Of a DNA stretch of 64,000 nucleotides, positions 48,901 to 62,270 are shown piece by piece. The translations under genes were made by a program, and so were the position numbers. The notes beneath the pieces are model-generated. The model did not search any database. It was not told the origin of the DNA and was given only the letters and a program-made list of their open reading frames with translations. Origin of the DNA: Blasia pusilla (taxonomy: Eukaryota); assembly GCA_050084515.1 (NCBI GenBank), contig CM114271.1, positions 37,882,001-37,946,000 on the forward strand. The letters run 5' to 3'. Position 1 is the first letter of the stretch. Each line of letters opens with the position of its first letter.

Positions 48901-50280
48901 CTAGAAAGTACCACATTTTCATCACTCTATTATTGAGGTCATTGCATGCAAGAATACAACAACCTATTCATATAAATTTGCAAACTCGGAACCAAGTGAG
49001 AAGTTACCTGTAGATGCATCTGCTTGCGGGGTCAAATTTTCTGATGGGCTTGGTGTTGCACAAGATTGAGACCTACTACGGTATAATTGGTCGTCCGTAT
49101 TCCCGCTAGCCAATGGAGGTGCCAACAGTGTTGGGGGCGGTCGTTGGGATGGCCCATGTCCCTTGTGTCCACAAAATAAATACAATTAGCTAGTTAGACT
49201 TCCAATTAATTGAATTCTCGTGTGCAAAACAAGAAAGGGGAGAATAGTAAGCCTATTTACCCAAGGGGATGGGATGGTCATGGATGATTAAGCTCCATTG
49301 GTCCATGGTGGCTGAAATTGACTTCCATAACCCATCGGTGATTGCATCATCATAGGTACGCACCACGGCATCTGGCTTTGTGCCCATGGGGGTGGAGGAG
49401 GGGGATATGCTTGCGAAGGCATTATGGGTTGTGATGGAGTTCCGTCCATGGGCTGCACATGTAAGTAAATTTGTTAGTAAACTAAACTAGAAAGCATTTG
49501 ATGAATAAAGATTAGTGAAGTCAAAATGACATCTTTCTACCATTCAGTTTATTACATACCAATCATACATATAGAGATAGTTGAATATTCCTCCATGTCT
49601 ACAATTATATTACCGAATCGTTTGTATCCGTGGAATTTCGTACACTTCCCTATTTGGATGGTTTGACTGGAGGCTCCTTTGCTTGAGGCTATTCAAAACA
49701 GACATCTTATTGTGAGTTAACATAGTATTCATAATTCTGAAATTTGAGGAGAGTAACAAAGCAACAAGATGTGAAGAGAAAGTACCCTCCCATCCTCCAG
49801 CCACAAGTTGTCATCCTCTTCAGCCCCCAAGAAGTCCATCTCAAGGAGTGGATTATAATAGGGGTCTTTGGAATCACTATCTAACCAATGTTTTCGAGTC
49901 TCCTCAGGGATTACACTTTGGTTAGTGGCCTTCTCCTCCAACCGTAAGCTGCGTCTTTGTGGAAGAGAAGGATTCCAAAATGGCAAAGGCTTGCGCTCCT
50001 TCACAACCCTTGGAGCAACAAACCTTCAAAATATGATTATGTCATATTTCCTAATGTACAACCACTATATGAACATGATACACTTGACCAAATAAAGGAA
50101 AAGATAAAGGTTATCCAAGATCATACTTACCAATCATTCAACCCATCAAACAACTCTGCCTCTTTGGCCTTTCTCTCTCTCACTCTGCGATTCCTTTCTT
50201 CTTCGTATGGATTAGGACTTTGTTGAACATTATCTACACCATCCCAAGATGAACTCTAATTGGATTCCATGTTCTCATCA
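45911..50280 (-). pseudogene. Second, multi-exon CACTA ORF (TnpA/ORF2-like), degenerate
   Basis: Minus-strand coding-like fragments lie downstream of TnpD: DEESWNRLVDYW, and a terminal KFHAKDIPLGMVRVDLNEV...LW.P...TFGDAIGSSMLWPK. AT-rich intron-like segments separate them. Confidence 0.6.
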
Positions 50281-50512
50281 ATCATATTAGGTACACCGTT
50301 CCAAGCGCCTCCCTCCCTCTTTAGACGACAAGTTAACAAGAATAACACCTAACTTGATGGCAATTTGAGAGTTCTACTTGTTGCCACGGAGTTTCATCCA
50401 TTATGCCCAACGACACCAGAATTCACTTACATCCTCGTAATAGAAGTCAATTATTTGAATCATACCAAAAAAAACACAATTGTGAGTACCAAAGATACAA
50501 CTATGAATTAAT

Positions 50513-53500
50513 CTAATCTGATTTTGAGTTATTAGAGTCTGAATCAACGTCTTCTATCATATCGCACACATGGATTATTGGCACATGCTGCATATCCACT
50601 CTAGCAGCTTCCATTTCTGCATCACTTAGGACTCTAGCTCCTAAGGTACTTGCATCTGGTAGATTCCCTTGTTCCATGCATGTGACATGGAAAGTGGGCA
50701 AAGCATTACAAGCTCCATCTAGTGACTCTAAGTTATCAAAATAAACTCTCCGAGCTCTAGCTTCCTTCCTCATTACCACTTTCCATCCTCCACCCTCATC
50801 GGCATCTCCATAAAACACTTGTTGCACTTGTGATGGGAAAACAAATGGCTAGTGATCTAATGGCTCGCATGACCTCAAATTGGCCACCAGAAAACCCTCC
50901 TTATCCAATTTCATGGACCCTACTCTCGAGTCCCAATTTTCTTTAACCCACCGCCCTCACATTCATATTATGGGCTGTTCTAAAATCCCATAATCAAGTA
51001 AGAGAATATCAACTAGCACTCCAACATATGAGTATAAACAATTCTGGTTGGAACTTTTTTCATCAACAAATACAACACATATTCCACTATCATAAGTGGA
51101 GAAGGGTGTCGCACCACTTGGCCCTTCTACCCTGTAGTGGTTTCCGTAGGCTTTCATACTCTTGAATGACAATGCCCTACTATTAGGAGGTATAGCTAAC
51201 AATAGTAGGTGAACAGTAGGATCTTTTGAGTTGTCAATTGCATCCTATGTAATGGCAGGGCGAATCCACTTTTCAAAAGGAATATCTCTCGAACATGACT
51301 CATATTTCCTGTTCAATAACAATGTTAATGGTATTAGTACATTCTTTTATATTTAATGTGTCAATACCAAAATAATATACACTTTGAGAGTCTGAAGCGT
51401 AATTAACATAACTATAATCCTGAAAAGCATATATTGGAGAGTTTTACCTTTGCCAATCAACCATGACCTCTATATTATGCAACACATAATGATGTGCTAA
51501 GTTGATCATTTCTCGCGAAAGTTGAACTGGAGTGCTCGCACCTTCTAGCTCCTCACCAGTAGCCCCCTCTTCCTCCCCATCATCCCACACTTGCGTCCGC
51601 ACGTCTTCAAACCTTTTCATATACTCTGTCACCAACCCTAATGCCTCGTCCTTCACATACCCTTCCGCCATACACCCCTCTGGCCTAGCTTTAGACCGTA
51701 CATATTTCTTCATGTACCCCATATATTGCTCCATTGGAAACATCCACCAACATGCTACTAGCCCACACATGTCCAATTCTTCTACAACATGAATCAACAA
51801 ATGTGTCATCACGTGGAAGAAAGATGGAGGGAAATGCATTTCAAAGAGACAAAGGGTTATGGCAGTCTCTTCAAGGAGTTTGTCGAATAAAGCTGGATCA
51901 TACACCTTTGTACACACCATTCTAAAAATGCCGGATAATCTAATAACCACCATTCTCACATGGTCCTTCAGAAGACTACGGATGCAATAAGGAAGGACTT
52001 GCTGAATGAAGACATGGTAATCATGTGATTTCATATTGCCCAATTTTTTATTAACCACATGCTTGGAGAGTTCTCCACATGTGGTTAATAAAATCACATG
52101 TGGAAATCCAGATGGCACCTTCAAGTTCTGAATCCTTGAAAGGAAAGTGTTCAAGTCATGGTGAGATAGACAATAATCGGAAACTGGTTTAAACAAAACT
52201 TGGGGTCTACTAGGATGGGGTTGCAACCACAAATGGGATCGAATCCCACGGGCCTCCAAATCTCTCCTTACTTTCACAGTATCTTTCACTCCAAATAAGG
52301 TCTTGACTAGATTCTCAATGATATTCTTCTCAACGTGCATTACATCTAACATATGACCTATAAGCAAATTCTGATTGTATTTTCAAGGAAGCATGGAGAT
52401 CTCATGACTTGAACACAATAGCTAATATCCACAATCAAATCAAACAAAAGATATCCTCCTATAGCCACTATTTCATAACATAAAGAATAGATAATATAGA
52501 GAGGAAGTAGGATACTGGCCAGTAAGGCAACGAATATAGTAAACTCAACCTTTTCACCCCATTTCTTTTGTAGGGATCAGTAGGGCCGTCTTCTGGACCC
52601 CACTCTGATCATATGTATGTTTTTTATTTTCCCATCCAATAATCTCTCCGGAAAGTAGTCTAGGCACGCGTGGTCTAAGTTCTGCACTCCCGATGAAATG
52701 AGATCCATACCTACGGGTCCTCCATGGATGGCTCATTGGGAGATATCGACGATGACAACCGTATATGGGCTTGCCACAAGACTTTCAAAAATCAGAATCC
52801 ACTCAAAGCCCACATATAGTACATCCTAGTTTTCCACCGTGGCTCTGCCCAGCTAGAGTTCCGTATGCCGGGTAATCATTTATTGTCCATAGTAAGGTAG
52901 CCCTAAACAAGAAGTTCCAACTTCCGCCTACCTTCCGAACGTCATGAAATTGAACCCTTTTCCACATTTCCTAGAACTCTTCTATTAGAGGAAGCAAGTA
53001 TGTGTCTATGTTTTTTCCATTTACACTCTCCTTTCCTGGTATGATCAAAGAGAGTATCACAAAGAAAAAATTTTTTTTCGGAGCTACGGAGGCAAGTTAT
53101 AATTAACAAGAAGCACGGGCCATGTTGACCACAAACTTGACTTGTTTGAAAATGGATTCACTCCGTCCAAGCTAGCCAAACCTGCAATTCCTCTTCTCCT
53201 TGGCAAAGTCTGGATATAAGTTGTCCATGTGGCGCCATGCCTTGCAATCACCTATATGCCTTACTAAGCCATCCTTGCTCTGATTCAAGGGGGCCCAGGT
53301 TAACAATTCAGACAACATCGTGCATCTAAACATACGTCTCATCCGAGGTATGATAGGAAAATGCCTTAGTATCTTACATGGTACCAACGTTCTACCCACT
53401 TTCCGGAACCTTGATTTCCCACATAATGGACAGATCTCAGCTTCAGCCAAATCACCCCGAATAAAACACATCCAGCCGGACACGCATGGATACTGTTGTA

Positions 53501-54150
53501 ACGTAAGCCTAGTTTACCAATGAGTTTTCCTGCTACATAATAACTCGGTGGCGCCAAGTTCCTTGTTGGTAGGACCAACTTACAAAAGAGTTTCAAAACT
53601 TCATCAATAGCAATATTTGGGACGCCATGGTTTACAAAAGCCAAAAGCCAAAAAAGATAGTAACATGACAAAAGCCAAAAAAGATGTTTTTGTTGTAGGG
53701 AACAAAGGTTTGCAAGCTTCAGCAAGCTCCTCATATTCATCTCCGTGATTGAATAGTGGTTCTTTGTTTGACATTCCCGGTTTTGGTAATTCATCAGATG
53801 GGAGAGATATCTCTTCAATTTCATCCTCGTGTATATGGTCGTATTTCTGGAAAATATCATTGAGCATTAAATGAATATCAATGTGCTTATCTATATCTGC
53901 CATGGAAGATCTCTCCCTTCCATCCACATGGAAGGTGGGGGCTGACTCCACCTTGGCTTATTTTTTCAGCAAGATCATGCATAAGCCACTCCTCATCTAA
54001 AGAGTCCCATCCATCCCTAGATTTTGGCACTCGATAAAGCGCCGAGCGTCCATTTTTTCTTAAATCTGCTTCCACCTTGCCGATGGACAATGTAGACCCA
54101 CCCTTACAGTCATTGCACGGACACTGTAATCTTTTACAGCCCACTAGCTC
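50513..54150 (-). pseudogene. CACTA TnpD-type transposase (Transposase_21/DUF4218/DUF4216-like regions), disrupted
   Basis: Motifs seen: CPCNDC, IHACP, LRHFPIIPRMRRMF, WTINDYPAYG, LDVMHVEKN, MKSHDYH, FPPSFFHVMTHL, ARPEGCMAEGY and QQVFY..GWKVV. Multiple stops and frameshifts are present. Confidence 0.92.
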
Positions 54151-55315
54151 GTGTGCTTTCCCGTTGCCACAACTTGGAATTGTATGCCTTTACTCTAACT
54201 GGGTGGTTCAAATCCATTCTAAGGGGATTGGAAGTGAATTCCTGCAAACTGTGAACTGAAACATTCCAAACACATCCAAAACCATGCCATCTTGCCTCAA
54301 TAACAAATTCCATAAACCACGGCTGGACGAGCTATCATCTTAGATGAATGCATATCCACATGAAGTCAAGACAAGTATGATAAGGCACATATACCTAACC
54401 TGAGATCTTGATGGAGATTTCAATCGTCACTAACAATCCTCACCGATGTGGTCCAATGCTTCCAAGGACATTCCTGAATGACAAATGTAACACACCCAAC
54501 TTTAGATAATGACTCAATCCTTTGATATGTACACTTCATCATGGCCATGGTCTAATAAATGTTTCCAGCGAAGATCTAGAGAAATAAACTATAAAGCTAA
54601 TCTGTTGTGAGTGACCATAGTACTTCACCTTACACTCACATCAAATTAACCACTAAAGCAAGTGACTAACTTACGTGAAGGCGCAAGGAAAACAATGAGA
54701 AGAGTGACGTACAAGTAAGTACTTGGTAGGTCAAGGAGTGAATGTCTTGGTTCCCTCTGTGATATTTGAGTCTTCCTTTGCTCTTGTACCTTAAACACAA
54801 CACCAGTTGAGCCAAATTCAACCAATTCCATGGCCTCATGCAACACGTATTACTACTGCACTCCCTTGTTGCACTCTAGATCGATTGGTGATTTAGCATT
54901 CCCCGAAACTACAAGCCATCTTTTTAGTTTCCTAAGAGGAAATCCCGTTACTTCTGCAGTAATTTTTTTCCAAGGCTCATATTCATTTGAAAATGCTACT
55001 AAAAATAGATACCCTCCATATCGCAAAGTAAACATAACTGTAGCAGCCTTTTGACGAAGAAAGAGTTCTACTACATGGAAAGTAAGGAAGCATTCCGCCA
55101 GGGTAAAAAATAAAGTAAATTGCATAATTAATGACATACATTACTATAGAAGAAGTTCCCGAAATGTAAGTCATCCACATTAAGGAATCTACTTGCTCCT
55201 TACCAAGGTCTTCCTTGCCGTATGAAATGGGGTCTGCTGAAACTCACCTGGCTGCCGTCAACATCTGGGACGTTCCTATCTTAGAGTCACGTAACGATTT
55301 TATCCACGCTCCTGC

Positions 55316-55576
<261 letters not shown>

Positions 55577-56039
55577 CATGTAGATTTTGATCAATGATAT
55601 CATTCAAAGGATCATTTCGCATGCTTGCCAGTCCGCGCCTCACAAGAAATTATCATGCCTCATATCTAACAAACTCGTGCACTCTATACCTTTCCTCTCC
55701 TCTACAACTCTTGCTTCAAACTTCCAAAAAACAAGCCGCCGGTGCTCTGTGGATGGCATCCAAAACAAATAGTAGTCCAAGATTGAGACTTCTATACTGT
55801 GAGACGGACACGATGATTGCGGAGGCCGAGGCCGGGGCGGGAGGAGCCAAGCAGAGTGGAGATCCACACTCTCACTCACACACTCACTGTCGGAAATCGC
55901 ACACTAGCTTCAGTACAAAATCGAGCAAACATCAAACATGGGCGATGCCGATGCCGAAGCGGGGATGGGCGCGAGACTAGACGTCATTTGTCCGACCAGG
56001 AAGGAAGGAAGGAAGTAAATTGTAACTCGGGATGTAATT

Positions 56040-58130
56040 GAAAATCGTAACTAGGGGGGCTAACTTGAAGATCTAAACCATTTAAGCTGTGGATGGATTA
56101 AAGGACTTCACTTGTGCCAGGTTCCACCACCATCCAACAATAGTACCAGTCATTCACTCGATGATAACATGAAAATGCCACAATGACTTGAAATAATCTC
56201 ACTCTTGACCCCTGTTTTTCTACCCTCCACACACCACATACAGCCCAAAAATCATGAATTTTTTTTTAGGATGGCACCCTAACCCAAAAATAGAGGGAAA
56301 AAGAAAAAAATTCAAATGACCACTCACACACATAACTAAAACTCGTAACCCTAAAACCGGTCTTCCATTTTTGGTTGGAGCATGGAGAGCTAACTCACAG
56401 ATCTGAACCGTTGACCATGTGGACGGATGTAAGGCCTCCTTGTGTGCTAGGTTTCATCACCATCCAATGGTGAAAGCAAGAGATAACTCCATCATAACAT
56501 GAAAATGCCACAAGGACTTGAAAGAATCCTACTCAACGTCCTTTTACTCCTTCTTGGCTTGTCATTTTGTACCCTACACCCTCTATATGGGGGTCAAAAA
56601 TCATGAAACTTTTTTGAAGGTGGCAACCTTAACCCAAGAATAGAGGAAAAAAGAAAAAACTTCAAATGACCACTCACACACCGAACTAAAAATCGTAAAC
56701 CCTAAAACCGGTCTTCTATTTTAGGTTTGAGCACGGAGGGCTAACTTGTAGATCTGAACCGTTGAATTTGTGGAGGACATTAATGGACAGAATCTGAAAA
56801 ATATTCATCCACATCCAATGGTGGAAAGAAAAGAAACCACTATGTTACCATGAAAATAATGCAACGCCTTGGAACGAAACCACTCAAAGTCCTCGTCCTC
56901 CTTCTTGATCCATCATTTTCTCCCCTCCTCCTTAAATCTTGACTTAAGGAACTTGAGTTCATGGAATTAAAATAAACCCTAAAAAACTAGCCCAATGGGA
57001 GCAACCGTGAAAATTCTCGAGAAATCTTCAATGGTGGAAAGGAATACAGATCACTCAAAGATCCATCATTTCCTCCCCTCCTCCTTAAAAAGTTCTTAAA
57101 ATCTAGAAAATGACCACAGGAATACAGATCAAAAGAAAAAACTTCAAATGACCACTCACACATGGAATTAAAAACCGTAAATCCTAAATCCAATCTTTCA
57201 TTAGTAGTTTGAGCTGGAAGAGCTAACTGGAAGATCTGAACCGTTCAAGATGTGGAGGGCTTTAAGGACTTGGTGTATGCCAGGTTTCATCACCATCCAA
57301 TGGTGGGAGAAAAAGTTAACTTCATGATACAATGAAAATGCCATCAGGACTTGAAACTATCCTACGCAACGCCTTCTTCCTCCTTTTTGGCGTCACTTTT
57401 TGTACCCTCCACCCTCCACATGGAGCCCAAAACTCATGAAACTTTCTCCGTGATGGCAAGCCTAACCTAGAAACAGAGGGAAAAAGAAAAAACTTCAAAT
57501 GAATACTCACACATGGAATTAAAAATTGTAAACCCTAAATCCAATCTTTCATTAGTGGTTTGAGCACGAAGAGCTAACAGGCAGATCTGAACCGTTCAAG
57601 ATGTGGAGGGTTTCATCACCATCCAATGGTGGAAGAAAAAGTTAACTTCATGATACAAGGAAAATGCCATCAGGACTCAAAAAACTACTCAACACCCTCT
57701 TCCTCCTTCTTGGCGTCGCTTTTTGTACCCTCCACCCTCCACATGGGGCCCAAAAATCATGAAACTTTTTCCTAGATGGCAAGCCTAACCCAAAAAAAGA
57801 GGGAAAAATAAAAAAATTCAAATGAACACTCACACATGGAATTAAAAATTGTAAACCCTAAATCCAATCTTTCATTATTGGTTTGATCGCGGAGAGCTAA
57901 CTGGCAGATCTCAACCGTTCAAGATGTGGAGGGATTTAATGCCTTGGCTTGTGTTAACTTTCACTGCCATCCAAAGATGCGATAATTTTCTTAACTCCAT
58001 GATGACATGAAAATGGCGGAGAGACGTGGAACCTTCTCTTCATACGTGAGCCCTCTTTTAGTACGTTTCCGCCTGAACCAAGGGTGCAAGAATGTTCAAT
58101 TTTTTTCCCGAGGGGCAACCCAATCCTAGG
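56040..58130 (+). repeat. Degenerate tandem array of about six ~330-350-bp units inside the CACTA element
   Basis: A CATGAAAATGCCA-like marker recurs at ~56168, 56498, 56849, 57331, 57657 and 58006. Units share AAACCCTAA and GATCTGAACCGTT motifs. Confidence 0.9.
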
Positions 58131-58428
58131 AACGTAGGATATATATATATATATTTATATATCCCAAAAACATTAAAAAACACGTTACCATTGGAGCATG
58201 AGATCACTAAAACACACTAGTCGTTATTTATGACTCTGTATTACTAGGCAAGTAAAAGAAGTACGACTAGTCTTTACTAAAGGGTATTGATAACTACTTT
58301 AGTAATAAGTACATGACTAGGTGAGTTGTGCAACCTTAAATTTTAGGACTAAACCATTTTAGTCATACTTTGAGTCATTCTTTCGGCAAGTCATTTAAAG
58401 CCTAGTCATAAAAACCACATAATTCTTC

Positions 58429-61400
58429 TATCCATATATATAGATAGTTTGCCTTGGTATGGTTGAGCAGAGACGGATGCGAGTGTCATCCATGTCGTCT
58501 CATCCATGAGTTGGAGCATTGCCTATAGGGTCTATATAGGCATTGGCTGGGGGAGGGACGAGAAGAGATAGGCACCCATGGACCCCCAGATTCCTACATA
58601 TATATATAGGAATCTGGGGGAGATATCGAGAGGGTGATATAAATAGAAGTAGTTCATATCTAGCCTTAAGCAACTCTTAAGTTGTGATCCGATAACTATC
58701 GATTCTCTTAATCCTTGCACTTTGACATTTGTTGCTCTCTGTGAGATTCTGAGATAAATTTCTGAAGGTGGATAGTTTAATGGGCGCAAATGCCCAACTT
58801 GACAAGAAAAATTGGAAGTTAGGGACGTCGCGGCAGAGAGCGCACACCTCCGTCTATGTCCGTAATCACAGCTTTTCCGCCAGTGTAGCTAGCTAAGGGC
58901 AAAATCACTTGAAATGACAATGATTAATTTTTGATATTTGCATGAGAATATCTAATCAGTAGGTTGTGTCCGTTATCTTGCTGGATTTTTAGCGAAAGTT
59001 CACTTGAATGAAAATAGATTGCACGGGGAACATGATATTCTAAATCTAGGAAACAAACGCTTCTCCTTCCCACTAACAAGTACATATGACAAAGATTATG
59101 TGCATCTACCAAGCTTAAGAGCTATGAGGTGCACCTAGTGGAGTAGGTCGTATCCCTTCCATAAGTTGAATGTCCAGATGAACCCTCGCAACTCTCATAG
59201 GACCTTTGAACTGCCCCGTTAGAGTAGCTGTGAGAGGTGTACACAGATATGCACCTTTCATCTTAAACAGAATCGCTGCCATGAGTTTCTTCATGCAGCT
59301 CGGCAAATGATCAAAGTGGGCAATATGTAATTAGTTTTCTAGTCGCTTCCATTGGCGTCAAAAAAATTGTTGTAGATGTTGAACGTTTAGCATCTAGAGC
59401 AATTTAATCTTGTGGGGTTGAACATGGTTGTAGGGGGCTTCATGACAGAAGAGTATCCTTTTGAAGAAGTGCATTACTAGTTGAATTTTGCGAGGATAGA
59501 CCCCAATGTTGATAAGGAAACAACATCCCTCATGGGCATATCGGGTTTATGGAACGTTTCTTGGGTTGAGTGTGACAAGGATATGATCGATTAATTACTT
59601 CCTTAGCACATTCAATCCGATTACATATGAGGGAATAATGAGGCGGAAGTATCCCAACAATTTGCAAGAATATGGTTTAGAGTTATCACCGGAACTGATT
59701 GCAAAAGCATTCAAATTTGAGAATATAGGAAGCTATTTGTCCATGGAGAGGCAACATATAGAACAAGAGGAGCCACTGCTTCATTGCAAGTATCTAACAA
59801 AATCGAGAAGACCAGCCATGGGTACAAGCACTTGTATGTTGTGCCCCAATCCCTTAGGGTAATTTTGTGCCAATTGAACCGCTGCTTTCATATGAAAGCA
59901 AATCCATAGTGTGTGCTTGCTAGCATGCTATCCATGGCATGCCAAGCTTGGGAGGGAATGGCGGTTGATTGGGCCACATATGTGTATTGGAAACTAGTGC
60001 TGGATGTGGAGGCGGTTCTACAACCTCCATCAAAGAAGGAGAAATAGAGAGAGAGTGGCATAGGGGTTATGTTGACTATCTTGTTTACTCATGGAGATGA
60101 ACCTCCAGATTGTGTGACTATGGCAGTGGCAAAGCTTGTAGCGGCTTCCCTTTGGATACAGGAGATTAATGATGAGCCGGAGGCTGTTCTAGAAATTCCA
60201 CACACAACGACCTCCAATGAAGAAAATGCCACAAGAAGGCGTAGCATAGCCAAGAGAGTTGTAAATTCAGGTGATGAAGAGAAGATTGCGCGCCCGGCTG
60301 AAAATCAAATTGAAGATGCTAGAGAGAAAGAGAAAGCCGACCTCTCATATATAGCCAAATGATGATGAGCAATCTCCTAGCGATTCTGACTCTGTGGCCC
60401 CTTTGCGCAAAGCAAGGAGAAAAAAAAAAGCTCTCAAACAAGATGGTGGGTTGGAAAATATCCAAAGTGTTACCGTTTGTCCACATACTTTGGTAAAAGT
60501 GGTTTAAAAATCCCCTCATTCCAAGATTCTGCAAGTATAAGTTGCCTACTATGGACTGTAAATAGGTGCCACTATTAACTAAATTATGGATGTTCATGAT
60601 ACTACGCATACCCCCTGAACCACCCCATGCATTGTGGCTATTTGTTTCTAGGCAACTATTTGTCACTCTACGGCTATTTGTCACTCTGTGCCTATTTGTC
60701 ACTATGGTCTGCGGCAAATTGCATAATCTCTACGGCTCTTTGCCTCTATTTTACAAAAAAGTAAAGCTATTTTTGGGGTATGATCCGATATTTAATCATA
60801 CTTATCAATCCTTCAAAATGTGCTTGATAGATTATAAGGTACAAGTTGTTTACATTGCATTTTTTTTTTCAGAGTATTATGTGTTAATGTGGAGGGCAAA
60901 GGTGGAGCATGTAGGCCGCGTCGGGCCAAGTTTGCAATTAGCCACTTGAGAATTCACAAGAGGGAACTTAAAGTGGAAGTGGTGGAGGTAGATGGTATTG
61001 GCGCGAGTTCTCAAAAGGTTGAGAAGGCTTCTCCGCAGCGGGGTCGATTATGAGATGTCACGTAAATAGAGAGGCCGCTTTCAAGGCCTACTTCACTTCT
61101 CAAGGAAAATATGATAGACACACAAGATGCTGCAATACTTGAAGTGCTTGTTCAAGTTAGGAAGGAATTCAATGGTCACGCATGTGGGAATGCGGGTGGT
61201 GAAGATCCAGGATGTGAACATGAACATGTTATACATTTGGAGGGTAGTGAGGAATATGGGGGGGTTGGGAAGGGAAGCAATTTGGCAAAGTCTTCTCCAT
61301 GTGTTCCCCTTTCACCTACAGCCCAGGATAGAATTTAGAGTGGACGCAACCATGAAATTGACAATGTGGAGTGGCCATCACAGGCATTTGAGAGCCTGGG

Positions 61401-62270
61401 CATTAGCAATTGGAATACACAAAGATTGGTAGAGTCACAACTATGGGAATATCCTTATGGATCACAGTGGGGACCCACGGGTGATCCTAAACAAAGTAGA
61501 GGATTGGGTGCGGAGGTACCAGAACAAATAAATGTCACCGAACAAGGTCCAAAGAAAGCAGTATGGGTGCCACATAACGAGCGTCCAACCAGACTGACGG
61601 AGGGATTTTCCACACCATCTAAAGTGACAAAGATCTTGGTAGATCAGGACTGCCAAACCATTGACACTTTTCTTATCACTAGAGGTTCTCACACGAGTGA
61701 GACATAGATGGTGACTAGATTGTGTCAAATAGACATTTTCTTATTGTCGATTCACAGGTGCAGACCGAGCCTTCTAGAGAGCCCTTGTTGGTTAGCTGGG
61801 GTTGTCAATGTGAGGTAGTATAGGTAGTCTATCGCCTTTGCCAAACTAACCTCATTCTTGTAATGATTGAGGCATATGCGTAGATAGAAGGGCGTTATTA
61901 TTGCTATCAAGATAAACATGCTACTCTCAAATGAAGGGCACCTCTTCTAAGCAAAGAGTATTGGTATTTCGATGACCGTGGTGAAGAGAATCCCAGATGT
62001 GAGTGGTGGTTAATCAATCTCCTTGCACCAAAAAACCGTTTGGTCCCAAACGAGAGTACAATAACATCATCAGAGGCGCATGCAAGAGGTGAGGTTACAT
62101 GTGCTCCAATGAGTAGGTCGGTAGTCCCAGCAGGTGACCCAGGTACTACAAAAGGTAACCTTCCATGTGCAAGTAATACTGGCGAGGACCTTGAGAAACT
62201 TGGGAGTGACAAAAAGGTAAGTATCCCTCTTAACCCCTGTGAAGTTTTTCCCCCTCCAATAATTTTTTAA
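58429..62270 (+). mobile_element. Probable LTR (58429-58774) followed by a degenerate retrotransposon internal region
   Basis: The segment is bounded by the inverted 6-mers TATCCA...TGGATA (possibly deaminated TGTCCA...TGGACA) and has an internal TATAAATA. Stop-riddled plus-strand ORF remnants follow (e.g. AVDWATYVYWKL). The right boundary is uncertain. Confidence 0.4.

Noticed and set aside
60636-60707. 18-bp-period CTATTTGTCACT mini-repeat
   Set aside because: Real but short (3-4 copies) and inside decayed repeat DNA, with no evidence of function.
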